From Acaryochloris marina MBIC11017 (GTDB lineage: Bacteria > Cyanobacteriota > Cyanobacteriia > Thermosynechococcales > Thermosynechococcaceae), in assembly GCF_000018105.1 (NCBI RefSeq), contig NC_009931.1, forward strand, positions 140,729-172,728: a stretch of DNA of 32,000 bases. The letters run 5' to 3'. Of the stretch, positions 1-8,120 are shown in pieces; within the stretch, counting starts at the first letter, position 1, and each line of letters starts with the position of its first letter. The position numbers were made by a program, and so were the translations under genes. The notes under the pieces were generated by a model. The model had not been told where the DNA came from. It did not search any database and saw only the letters and a list, made by a program, of their open reading frames with translations.

Positions 1-797
1 TCGTAGTCATGAATACGGCTACATACAACCATCTCGGTACGACCATGAGCTTGAAGGAATTGATTTAAAGCATGTACACAGTCATTCCGATGCTTGGCCT
101 CAACTTCATCCAGGCCATCCAGTAATAGGATTAATTGTTCTTTTACGATCCAAGACTTCCCCAATGACTTAGAAACAGTATATTTATCAAAAAGTTCCTC
201 TACTAACCACTCCTCAATGGATTTTCGTTGTCTAGACCAAGACGAGAGATTGAGCACCACTGGCAAAGGCTGATTTAGATCCGCTTCTGTTCGAGAAATT
301 AGACTTTCCGCTAATTTCAGTAGGGATATTGTCTTGCCCGCACCTGGCTCTCCCAGAATCAGTAGTGTCCGTCCAGCACCGATATCCTCAAATATATGTG
401 TGGCTGATGTGCCTTCTGGAAAAGCTTGCTTAGATTCAGGAGGGAATTCCTCGACACCTTCTAGTGGAGTATAAACATAGTTGTTTCTCTCTTCCAACCC
501 TAATTCAATCAACACTTGGCTATGCAGCGACTTCGCTAAGACTCCATCAATCCAGAATTGTTGAACTTTACTGAGTAGAACCTTGCGCCATCTATGCTCA
601 TCCCGGCTTAAAGGTTTTGCTGTGTCCAAAGGAGCTTGAGGAACCTTAACAGTACTAAATACATTGACAACCTCAGCATTTTGAATCTGAGTTACCTCCA
701 AGTCTCTCCCAGCAACGCCACCAATCTGGACGTCTTTGAGAACTCCACCAGAGAAATTTATACTCTGCTTTGATGGTTATTTAGACTGTTCACTCAT
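1..797 (-). CDS. NACHT-type STAND NTPase, N-terminal ~265 codons (gene continues beyond window start). It carries an in-frame TAA at codon 7, so it may be a pseudogene or use another start.
   Basis: The minus frame is open from 776 to 1. Walker A GEPGAGKT lies at 330-353 and Walker B LLLDGLDE at 105-128. ATG at 797-795 gives MSEQSK, then TAA at 779-777, then PSKQSINFSGGVLKDVQIGGVAGRDLEVTQIQ in the same frame. Confidence 0.75.
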
Positions 798-810
798 AGC
801 AGGGCTAGCC

Positions 811-1245
811 CTATAGCAGGAAGCCTGATGCAACTCCTAGCCAGGGAGTGACTTTTTCCACGATTGGTTTGATCTTTTTCCAAAGATTGGACCCTGCTGC
901 TACAGTCTCACCTGCTTCTTTGAGAACAGTAGTAGCCTTTTTAAGGCTTTTGGCTGCGTAGTCTTTGTCAGGTTCCTCAGCTTGAACTTCTTCCTTAGCT
1001 GATTCCAGGTGTCGAAGTGCTTTGCTGGCTTGTTCTTTTGGTAGTTCTGTACTCTTTAATAAAGCTTCCAGTTGGGTGATGAGGTCAACGACATCAGCTT
1101 GCGTTAGTTGAACTTCCGTTCCATCTGTCCCAATCTGTTGGGTCTGGGTCACCGTCTGATCGCCTCCAGCTATTCCACCTATCTGGACGTTGGAGTTTTG
1201 ACCACCGCTGATACTGATAGATTGGGAAGGCTTTTCTTCTGACAT
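811..1245 (-). CDS. Small protein (144 aa) with an N-terminal G/Q/N-rich beta-type motif, a helical middle and a hydrophobic C-terminal tail
   Basis: Complete ORF. Its stop is 13 nt upstream of the NACHT ATG. Its N-terminus (MSEEKPSQSISISGGQNSNVQIGGIAGGDQTVTQTQ) parallels the NACHT N-terminus. The C-terminus is VTPWLGVASGFLL. Confidence 0.65.
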   Translation of the reverse strand: MSEEKPSQSISISGGQNSNVQIGGIAGGDQTVTQTQQIGTDGTEVQLTQADVVDLITQLEALLKSTELPKEQASKALRHLESAKEEVQAEEPDKDYAAKSLKKATTVLKEAGETVAAGSNLWKKIKPIVEKVTPWLGVASGFLL

Positions 1246-1400
1246 AGCTTTAGTAGCAATGTAATTTAGTACTTTGCTAAGTATCAGTCCAGCTACTGGA
1301 TATTATGCTTTTCTTTAATAAAATTAGAGCTTTAATAATTAGAGAGTCAAAGTTCTTCACTCTTCATCTGAAAAAAAGCTCAAATTTTTTTCTGTGAACC

Positions 1401-4400
1401 TCACCGACGAGGAGATCGCCGTTGATGCTGTTGCTGCTCCTGGGTAATCTCATTCGCCAACTGCCCCAGATCCTCAAATTTGGCTTGCACCTCTGGGTTG
1501 TCAGACATCCGTAAGATCTGGCCCACCTTGACTTCCAGAATCACCTGACCCGTGTGCTTATCCGTGATGCTGGTATAGCCTCTGCCTGACCTGAGCCGCC
1601 AGTTGTCCCCTTCAGAAACGTAGTCGCCCCCTTGAGCCTCTTCTTGGCCGTAAGCGTGAGTAATCACTCTCACCGCAGCACAGGTTTGACTTGCGAGGCT
1701 GTTCCGTTGATTCTCAACCTCCTGATCTATTGGCTGAGTTGTTTTCTGGAATTCAGAAAGCGTCTGAGCCTGGGCCGTCACATGCAGGAGATGGCCTGCT
1801 CGATACCTCAGCAAAACTCGATTTGACTCTTTCTCCCTAATCATCGTGGTTAGTGGCCCGTGGGTCATAACCCAGGATGGGGTGAAGTAAACCCTGACTC
1901 GTCCATGCTGAGAGCCATGTTTTTGAGCCATCGCTTGGACAATAGGCACCATTGCCATACCAACCTCGGTCTTATGCTTTTGAAGCTCAAGCGCTTTCTC
2001 CATTAGGTATTCGCGCTCATAGATGTGCTTAGATCCAGCCTCAATAAACCGATACCCATCTTCAAGTTCTCCTCGACGGCTAGCCTCCATGAACACCTCT
2101 AGATCCATCCGCTCTGGGGCAAGATCCCCATCTCGACGCTGAACGAACTCCACCAGCTTGCGATAACGGTATTGATAATGTTTGAGGGCAATTTCTTCAA
2201 ACGGTCTGGTCCTTGAAATCGCCAGCTCTAATTGCTTCGGACCCGCCCCCACAATCAGATCATCAACGCCTTTATGTTGGTTATCCCATTTAGAAGCGGA
2301 TACCGAACAGCCTTCTTTGACCAACAGTTCACCCGCTCTCACTAAATCCTGACGGACATTCACGATGGTTAAAGGCTTAGTTTCTTGGTCATATAGGAAA
2401 TTGAAGTGACGACCGGGAACAGCGAAGACAGCCAAACCAGGATGGAGTTGTCTTATAGGAAGTTTTTTCTTATTGTCATCATTGGCCCGGTATCCACCAT
2501 TCACACCCGGCAGACCAATCGTGACATGGCCTTGAGAGTTCACCGCTAGTGTCTTCTTGCCACCCTCCGTAATATTGATGGGAATCTGGGGATTGTCCTT
2601 GACCACTGACCAAAAATGCTTCCCTGGCCTGGGTGTGATGCCGTACTGGTCATAGATCGTTTGGGCTAACCACTCAGGGACATGAGTTAAGAAAATCTCT
2701 CGGCTGACATCCGCTGGATGCTCATACTTTTGCGGTCTGTTCCTGCGGTAATCCATGCGAGGATGATCGGGTTTGAGGCTTCCCCAAAGGGATTCCGTGG
2801 GTTCTGGGTCATCCAATGAACTAGCGAGAACCCCCGCTTTAATCCAGAACCCCCCATCAGGAACATCCCTTAGCTTGGCAAACTCCTCAGAAATCTCTTT
2901 AACGACAACCTGCCCTGCGCCCATATCCTCAATCTTCGTGGACAACAACCGTTCCAAGATTTCTTGTCCCGCGATGGTTTCACAGTTCAACTCAGCGAGA
3001 TCTGGGTGAATACCACTGCCTGCTAGCAGCTCCTGCCAATGCCCCTCAGCAATGGGGAAGGATGCCTCCATGAGTTTTTTGGGGTTTGTTTCTGGAGTCC
3101 AGAACACCTTAATGAATTTGGGCTTAGGTGTGATGTTGATCCCCTTCCCTTGTAATCGTTCAGCTAGGGTCTTCAATTCCTCCGTGATCGGTCCCTCAGC
3201 CACGGCTCCAACCTCCCGCATGTCCCTCACCGTCTGCCCCAACTCCTGCATCTCTAGGGTTTGGCCAATCATCTGCTGGACTTGCTTCACGGCCTCGTCA
3301 ACCCCCTCTAAATGTTGGGTGATGGCAGCCTCAGCCCGCCGCTGGGCGATGGCCTCAGCAAGATTCTTCATCCCTTCATACTCGTAGATAGAGGGCTGTG
3401 ACTGTAGCTGTTCTATGGAAGTCGCAAGTTCAGCTAGGGAAGCTTCTAGTCCACTATTGAGTAAGGTTTTCTCTGCATTAATGTCGTGAATCGTCCCCGC
3501 TAGTTTAGCCATGCCCGCATAGTCCGCTTGATTCACCTGAGCCACTTGCTGAGTTAAGCGATCCAGTTTGTCCAGCAGTCCCAGTTGATCCAAAGCTTGC
3601 ATGTCTTGGTGGGTTTGCCATGTCTGAGCCAACTGACCCATCCCTTGATATTGATAGGGCTGAATGGGGAGTTGCTCTAGGGCTTCCGTTAACTGAGCAA
3701 GAGATTCGTATATCTCTCTCTGGGCCTGTACCGTCTGAATCTTCTCGGCTAAGGCACCCATAGACGGATAGATAGGAGAGTTCAGGCGTTCGACCTGTTG
3801 CTGGATCTGCTCCAGAACACCGCTCTCACTCAGCGCCTGGATGTTCTGATGTTGAGTGATGGTTTTGGCTAATCCAGCCATGCCTTGGTACTGGTGACCC
3901 TGGAGCTGCTGAATTGTCTCCGCTATCGGCGCAAGGGCATTCACGAGCTGCTGTTGGGATTGCCATTCTCGGATTGAGCGAACCAGCCTTTGCATTTGGG
4001 GGTAGAGAACGGGTTGAGCCTCTGCCCGTTCCAAGGCTGCGTCGAGGTGTTCTACGGCATCTGGTTGGTCGGCCTCCACCTCAGCGATTGCATCCGTTAG
4101 CCCTCGACTCGCCTGCCATTCCTGCAGGCCCGCATCCATCGCCCGGATCTGCTCTCGGTAGGTAACCTGTTCCACTGCCTCATCAATCTGGTCAAGGACG
4201 TACTGAATCTGCGTGAGATGTTCCGTGAGGTCTTGTTGTTCTTGCCGTTGGGTGATCGATGCCGCGAGGTTACCCATGTCATAGGTCGGGGGCTGGGGTT
4301 CCTCCATGCCTTCGGATAGCTGGTTAACTGCCTGATCCAATCCACTCGCTACGATCAGCTGAGCATTTTGATACGCGGTCCAGGATCGGGCTAATCCTGC

Positions 4401-7400
4401 GAGGGCGTCTCCGAGCTGGGAGCGCTCTTGCCGTTGGTGGGCATCACTGAAGTCAAGAGACCGCTGTTCTGGAGTTGTTGTTTGATGGACTTGATCTCCT
4501 CTGCCGCCGTCTCCACTCCCGCGTTCAGTTGCAGGTAAGTCATACCGGAGAAGTTCATCTTCTGGGTCAGATCCTCCATTGCTTTCGTTAATTTGGCGAT
4601 GGATTCCGCCATCTTCTCCGACTTCTGGGCGTCCAAGGCGTCTTGGAGCTGTTCGATGAAGTGCTGGAGTTCGCCCCTGACGAGATGGGGTAACGTCCCC
4701 AACTCCTGGTTGACGCGGAGGTTCAATGTATCGATTTTCTCCTCCACTCCTTGAACGGACTGACTGAGAATTTCCATCACCGTGGCTTGGGTTTGCTGTG
4801 CGTCCAGGATAGTCTTCTGGTGCTCCAGAATCGTGTCCAATTTGGCTTCCAGATTGCTCATGATAATCCTTTAATAATTCAGTGGCATTGTCTTGAGCGA
4901 TACTTTCACTGACTCGCTCATCTAGTTTTTTGAAACTCTGGCAATAGATAACAATCTCATGGGATTGCCGTGAAATCTTGACGTAGAAAGGCTCTTTAGA
5001 GGAGGTGGGATCATTGGTGCTGCTGATGACCACCCGCTTGCGACTTTGCCCTTGGGCACGGTGGGCCGTATGCACCAGCGCATAGTCCAGGCAAACGGGA
5101 TGATCGAGGGAGATAGTGCGGTGCTGGCCCTCCTCATCTATGACATGCAGGGTGCTGCCCTCGATGGCTACTACCTTGACCTCATCTCCGTTAGACCATT
5201 TCTGCTCCTTGTTGTTATGGGTCCAGCGCAGATCATCCCCCACGGCGACATTTAGATTTTGAACCTCATAGACCTCCTTATGCTTGTACTTGCTGGGATT
5301 GAAGTGATAGAGCCGCCCCCCTGAACTGCTAACAAGCAGCTCATCTCCTAACCTACGCTCCACCCGGTAAAGCTTGTCTTTCTGAAGGGGCGTACTGCGA
5401 TAGTTCTTCTTCTGAAGCTGGATATAATCCCCCACTTGGTAGAACTGAACCAGCCGTTTTTGCTCAATCGTCAGATGGCGACTGGCCAGTTGCTGGATAT
5501 GGTGATCCTCTTCCCCCAACGTCCCCTCTGCCTTTAGGCCCTGACGGAGTAAGGACATGATCGCTAGTCTTTCCTTGTTCGTGCCCGTGACGAGTAGCGT
5601 CTCGGCCCGTTCTTCTGGGCTGAGCTGAAGATAGTAGTCAGCAAAGGTTTGCTGTCGAATATCTTCGTCTTTGATTTCTTGGATATAGCCATGCTCTTTT
5701 AAGAGGCTGACGGCATTTAGCCCCTGACCTTTGGCAATGAGAGAGACGGCCCGCTTTTGCACGGTGTTGCGCTGGCGCACAATCTGGCTGATATGGAAGG
5801 TGGTTGCCCCCGCCCGAATCAGAGACCGCATGGGGGAACCCGCTGTAATACTGGGGTTTTGCTTGGTATCTCCCACAAATAGAACACGGGCATTCGCTGC
5901 CCTGGCCCGACCCAGCAATTCCAACATTTGCTGTGACCCAATCATCCCTGCCTCGTCTACAATCCACAGTTGATGGGGGGCTAGACTCGGCTTGCTCACT
6001 AAGAGCTTGGCGACGGTATTGGTTTTGATACCCAGTTCCTTGCCTAACACCTTAGAGGCTTTAGTCGTGGGAGCATACCCTTGGATATCGAGGTTGAGAT
6101 GAGTCAGAACCTGTTTCAATTGGCCCAACGTCCGGGTTTTCCCCACCCCCGCTAACCCATGCCAGAGGATAAATTGATCTGAGTGGGCCAAGGTTTTAGC
6201 CACTGCTTCTAGTTGCCCGACATTTAAACCGCTCTCTTTGAGCAGCTCCCTAACGCTGTACTCGGACATTAAGGGGGTTTGGGTTTGCCGTCCTAAGTCC
6301 CAGCTCTGATGAATGGCTGCTTCTCGCTCCAATGCCGCTACGGTGGTGAATCGTTCCGTATTGTTCACCTGATCTCGCAGGGTCAGCAATTCCTCACAGG
6401 CTGACATGGCTTGGCTTATATCCTCGAAGCGGAACTGGCGGATATTGCCGAAAACAAACTGCTCAATCTGCTCACGGGTAAAGGTAATGGAGCGTTCACT
6501 AAGATGGTTGATGGCACTGTGCAACGCCGTCGTCACCTGATCCGGTCGATACTCAAATTGAGGACTGAGATCCGGTTGAGGCATCCGGTAGTCTAAGGTT
6601 TGGGCCGCTTGCTGCCAGACGGCTTGTAAATCTGTGAGCTTCTGGCCCGGTTCCTTGGCTTTACGGCTTTTAAGGCAAGCGGTTTGCTTGTTTGCGGTGG
6701 TTGCTTCTAAACCATCTTTTTCGAGCTGTTTAAAGATCTGCTGAGAGCGCTTGGAGAAGGTTTCAACCTGCTCACGAGTAATTCCCTCAATCTCAAACGC
6801 ATCCTTCGTGGCATAGATCTTGTATCCCAAGTTCTGAATATTCTCAGCCAGGTATTGCCGATAGATTTGCCCCAAGCATTCCTGCATATACATCAGGTCA
6901 TTCTTACGGCTGCGCCAGGTGCCGTCTGGCATCTGGGTCGTATTCATCACTAGGGCATGGGTATGCACCTGTGGATCATTGGCCCTGGAGGTGTGGTGGT
7001 TAATCAGGGCAATCACCAGATTCTTCGTATTGAGGGTATGGCGAACCCCCCCGATCATCACCCGTGTTTGTCCATATCGCTCTTGGACGATATCCAGGGT
7101 GCGCTTGACGGCTTGCAGGTGGGCATCAAATAGGCGATAGTCACAGCCAATATGCAGGACCATTGAGGCACTTTTAGGCATGGAAAAAGTGAAGTCATCC
7201 CCCACCCGTTCCTTGTGCTTTTCGTTCTTGGGAAAACCCCTCAGCCTCTCCCCTTCCAGGTTGTAGCCATAGAAAACTTTTTTAAAGTCAGCCCGGTGGA
7301 CATTTCCCTGTAAACCGAGGGCATAAGCGCCATAGCCATACCATTGAGCGCGGACGAGCTTTCGTAGAGCGGCTGCTTTGGATTCAGCCTCACTGACCGT

Positions 7401-7529
7401 TTTCCCCTTCCCCTTCTTCTGTACCGACTTGGAAACATCAGGGCTGTAGTAATCCACCAGCCCCTCATCCTGGAGGTAATAGTCTTCTTTTTCTTTGCAG
7501 CCCGTCTGCACGGGCACAATCTTCAGCAT
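1401..7529 (-). CDS. Conjugative MOBF (TrwC/TraI-type) relaxase and RecD-like helicase, fused to a helical repeat region and a C-terminal DUF3854/Toprim-like domain (2042 aa)
   Basis: N-terminal YY pairs are present. The 3-His relaxase motif HHTSRANDPQVHTHALV lies at 6957-6998. Helicase Walker A GLAGVGKT lies at 6135-6158 and Walker B WIVDEAGM near 5945-5968. The Toprim-like motif ITEGGKKT lies at 2550-2573, followed by YDQE and KGVDDLIV. Confidence 0.9.
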   Translation of the reverse strand: MLKIVPVQTGCKEKEDYYLQDEGLVDYYSPDVSKSVQKKGKGKTVSEAESKAAALRKLVRAQWYGYGAYALGLQGNVHRADFKKVFYGYNLEGERLRGFPKNEKHKERVGDDFTFSMPKSASMVLHIGCDYRLFDAHLQAVKRTLDIVQERYGQTRVMIGGVRHTLNTKNLVIALINHHTSRANDPQVHTHALVMNTTQMPDGTWRSRKNDLMYMQECLGQIYRQYLAENIQNLGYKIYATKDAFEIEGITREQVETFSKRSQQIFKQLEKDGLEATTANKQTACLKSRKAKEPGQKLTDLQAVWQQAAQTLDYRMPQPDLSPQFEYRPDQVTTALHSAINHLSERSITFTREQIEQFVFGNIRQFRFEDISQAMSACEELLTLRDQVNNTERFTTVAALEREAAIHQSWDLGRQTQTPLMSEYSVRELLKESGLNVGQLEAVAKTLAHSDQFILWHGLAGVGKTRTLGQLKQVLTHLNLDIQGYAPTTKASKVLGKELGIKTNTVAKLLVSKPSLAPHQLWIVDEAGMIGSQQMLELLGRARAANARVLFVGDTKQNPSITAGSPMRSLIRAGATTFHISQIVRQRNTVQKRAVSLIAKGQGLNAVSLLKEHGYIQEIKDEDIRQQTFADYYLQLSPEERAETLLVTGTNKERLAIMSLLRQGLKAEGTLGEEDHHIQQLASRHLTIEQKRLVQFYQVGDYIQLQKKNYRSTPLQKDKLYRVERRLGDELLVSSSGGRLYHFNPSKYKHKEVYEVQNLNVAVGDDLRWTHNNKEQKWSNGDEVKVVAIEGSTLHVIDEEGQHRTISLDHPVCLDYALVHTAHRAQGQSRKRVVISSTNDPTSSKEPFYVKISRQSHEIVIYCQSFKKLDERVSESIAQDNATELLKDYHEQSGSQIGHDSGAPEDYPGRTANPSHGDGNSQSVRSRSGGENRYIEPPRQPGVGDVTPSRQGRTPALHRTAPRRLGRPEVGEDGGIHRQINESNGGSDPEDELLRYDLPATERGSGDGGRGDQVHQTTTPEQRSLDFSDAHQRQERSQLGDALAGLARSWTAYQNAQLIVASGLDQAVNQLSEGMEEPQPPTYDMGNLAASITQRQEQQDLTEHLTQIQYVLDQIDEAVEQVTYREQIRAMDAGLQEWQASRGLTDAIAEVEADQPDAVEHLDAALERAEAQPVLYPQMQRLVRSIREWQSQQQLVNALAPIAETIQQLQGHQYQGMAGLAKTITQHQNIQALSESGVLEQIQQQVERLNSPIYPSMGALAEKIQTVQAQREIYESLAQLTEALEQLPIQPYQYQGMGQLAQTWQTHQDMQALDQLGLLDKLDRLTQQVAQVNQADYAGMAKLAGTIHDINAEKTLLNSGLEASLAELATSIEQLQSQPSIYEYEGMKNLAEAIAQRRAEAAITQHLEGVDEAVKQVQQMIGQTLEMQELGQTVRDMREVGAVAEGPITEELKTLAERLQGKGINITPKPKFIKVFWTPETNPKKLMEASFPIAEGHWQELLAGSGIHPDLAELNCETIAGQEILERLLSTKIEDMGAGQVVVKEISEEFAKLRDVPDGGFWIKAGVLASSLDDPEPTESLWGSLKPDHPRMDYRRNRPQKYEHPADVSREIFLTHVPEWLAQTIYDQYGITPRPGKHFWSVVKDNPQIPINITEGGKKTLAVNSQGHVTIGLPGVNGGYRANDDNKKKLPIRQLHPGLAVFAVPGRHFNFLYDQETKPLTIVNVRQDLVRAGELLVKEGCSVSASKWDNQHKGVDDLIVGAGPKQLELAISRTRPFEEIALKHYQYRYRKLVEFVQRRDGDLAPERMDLEVFMEASRRGELEDGYRFIEAGSKHIYEREYLMEKALELQKHKTEVGMAMVPIVQAMAQKHGSQHGRVRVYFTPSWVMTHGPLTTMIREKESNRVLLRYRAGHLLHVTAQAQTLSEFQKTTQPIDQEVENQRNSLASQTCAAVRVITHAYGQEEAQGGDYVSEGDNWRLRSGRGYTSITDKHTGQVILEVKVGQILRMSDNPEVQAKFEDLGQLANEITQEQQQHQRRSPRR
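3150..4412 (-). repeat. About 10 degenerate 38-48 aa helical repeats (Y-x-G-M-x-x-L-A-x-x-I/W...) inside the large ORF
   Basis: Anchors recur: LAGLARSW, YDMGNLAAS, RAMDAGLQEW, YPQMQRLVRS, YQGMAGLAKT, YPSMGALAEK, YQGMGQLAQT, YAGMAKLAGT, YEGMKNLAEA, LEMQELGQT. They fall at residues ~1043, 1085, 1131, 1179, 1217, 1257, 1297, 1340, 1387 and 1427. Confidence 0.6.
4391..4861 (-). CDS. Embedded 156-codon ORF in the +1 frame of the relaxase ORF; predicted coiled-coil protein
   Basis: The ATG is preceded by AAGGA at 7 nt (TTAAAGGATTATCATG). The helical sequence is free of low complexity, with G/C/A-ending codons like the rest of the gene. Over the same bases, frame 0 reads as R/G/P/S-rich text. Confidence 0.4.
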   Translation of the reverse strand: MSNLEAKLDTILEHQKTILDAQQTQATVMEILSQSVQGVEEKIDTLNLRVNQELGTLPHLVRGELQHFIEQLQDALDAQKSEKMAESIAKLTKAMEDLTQKMNFSGMTYLQLNAGVETAAEEIKSIKQQLQNSGLLTSVMPTNGKSAPSSETPSQD

Positions 7530-7538
7530 CGGAAAAGG

Positions 7539-7844
7539 CTACAGAAAGCGAACGAAAAGCCAGGTTGCCCGGCACCAAGCATGGATCAGGCGTTGTAGCA
7601 GATTGGGATATCTCCCCCGTTGATTCTGTTCCGTGACGGTCTTTGCTCCACCTAGCCACTGGTGAATAAAGGTATGGGAGCCAGGGGACAGGGGGAGCAA
7701 ATCCAACCAGATCCACTCATGGCCATAGCGTTTGTAATTCGTGTGATGGACATGGGCATAGCCATAGGTTCTGACCCAAGGACGCAGGGCACAGCGGTAC
7801 TTCCAAGCAGCTAGGGTGCGTTTGCGAAGTTTGGCGTCCGTCAT
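7539..7844 (-). CDS. Hypothetical 101-aa protein with a degenerate HNH-like His motif, directly upstream of the relaxase
   Basis: The ATG at 7844 overlaps the TGA of the upstream micro-ORF (TGATGA coupling). The motif is YAHVHHTNYKRYGHEW...SHTFIH. The stop is 9 nt before the relaxase ATG. Confidence 0.5.
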   Translation of the reverse strand: MTDAKLRKRTLAAWKYRCALRPWVRTYGYAHVHHTNYKRYGHEWIWLDLLPLSPGSHTFIHQWLGGAKTVTEQNQRGRYPNLLQRLIHAWCRATWLFVRFL

Positions 7845-7981
7845 CACCACATGGATCTAAAAAACATCGCCGTAATGACGGTCGTTAATGTCCCCGCCCA
7901 TCCAATGAGGCGCATCAGTGGTGTGTATCGACATACCAAATAAAAAATAACTAGACCGACGAAGATGTCAAAGTGACTCAT
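7844..7981 (-). CDS. 45-aa hydrophobic micro-protein, first gene of the relaxase operon
   Basis: Hand translation gives MSHFDIFVGLVIFYLVCRYTPLMRLIGWAGTLTTVITAMFFRSMW. A strong SD (AAGGAG) sits 7 nt upstream of the ATG at 7981. It falls below the length cut-off of the ORF track. Confidence 0.4.
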   Translation of the reverse strand: MSHFDIFVGLVIFYLVCRYTPLMRLIGWAGTLTTVITAMFFRSMW

Positions 7982-8120
7982 CGGAATTCTCCTTGTGAAT
8001 AGAAGTTGAATTTTCTCGTGGGAATGTAATTACTTTCGGGCACAAAATAATACGCATTGCGCTCGAAATTGAATCAGTTTTGAAAAAGTTGAAACGAACT
8101 GAAATTTCTGCCAACTTCAT

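Noticed and set aside
1340-1400. A7/T7 palindrome (GAAAAAAAGCTCAAATTTTTTTC) just after the relaxase stop, as a possible terminator
   Set aside because: The stem would be only A-U pairs, with no GC clamp. That is not convincing for an intrinsic terminator.
1632-7716. Many 60-110 aa ORFs antisense to or out of frame with the relaxase gene (for example 2773-3009, 3052-3387, 3914-4165, 4097-4345, 4922-5137, 5638-5967, 6919-7140, 7241-7519, 7465-7716)
   Set aside because: They have no SD or start context, their composition is R/P/S/C-rich and typical of off-frame reading, and they sit fully inside a strongly supported gene. Only the 4391-4861 ORF stood out and is reported separately.
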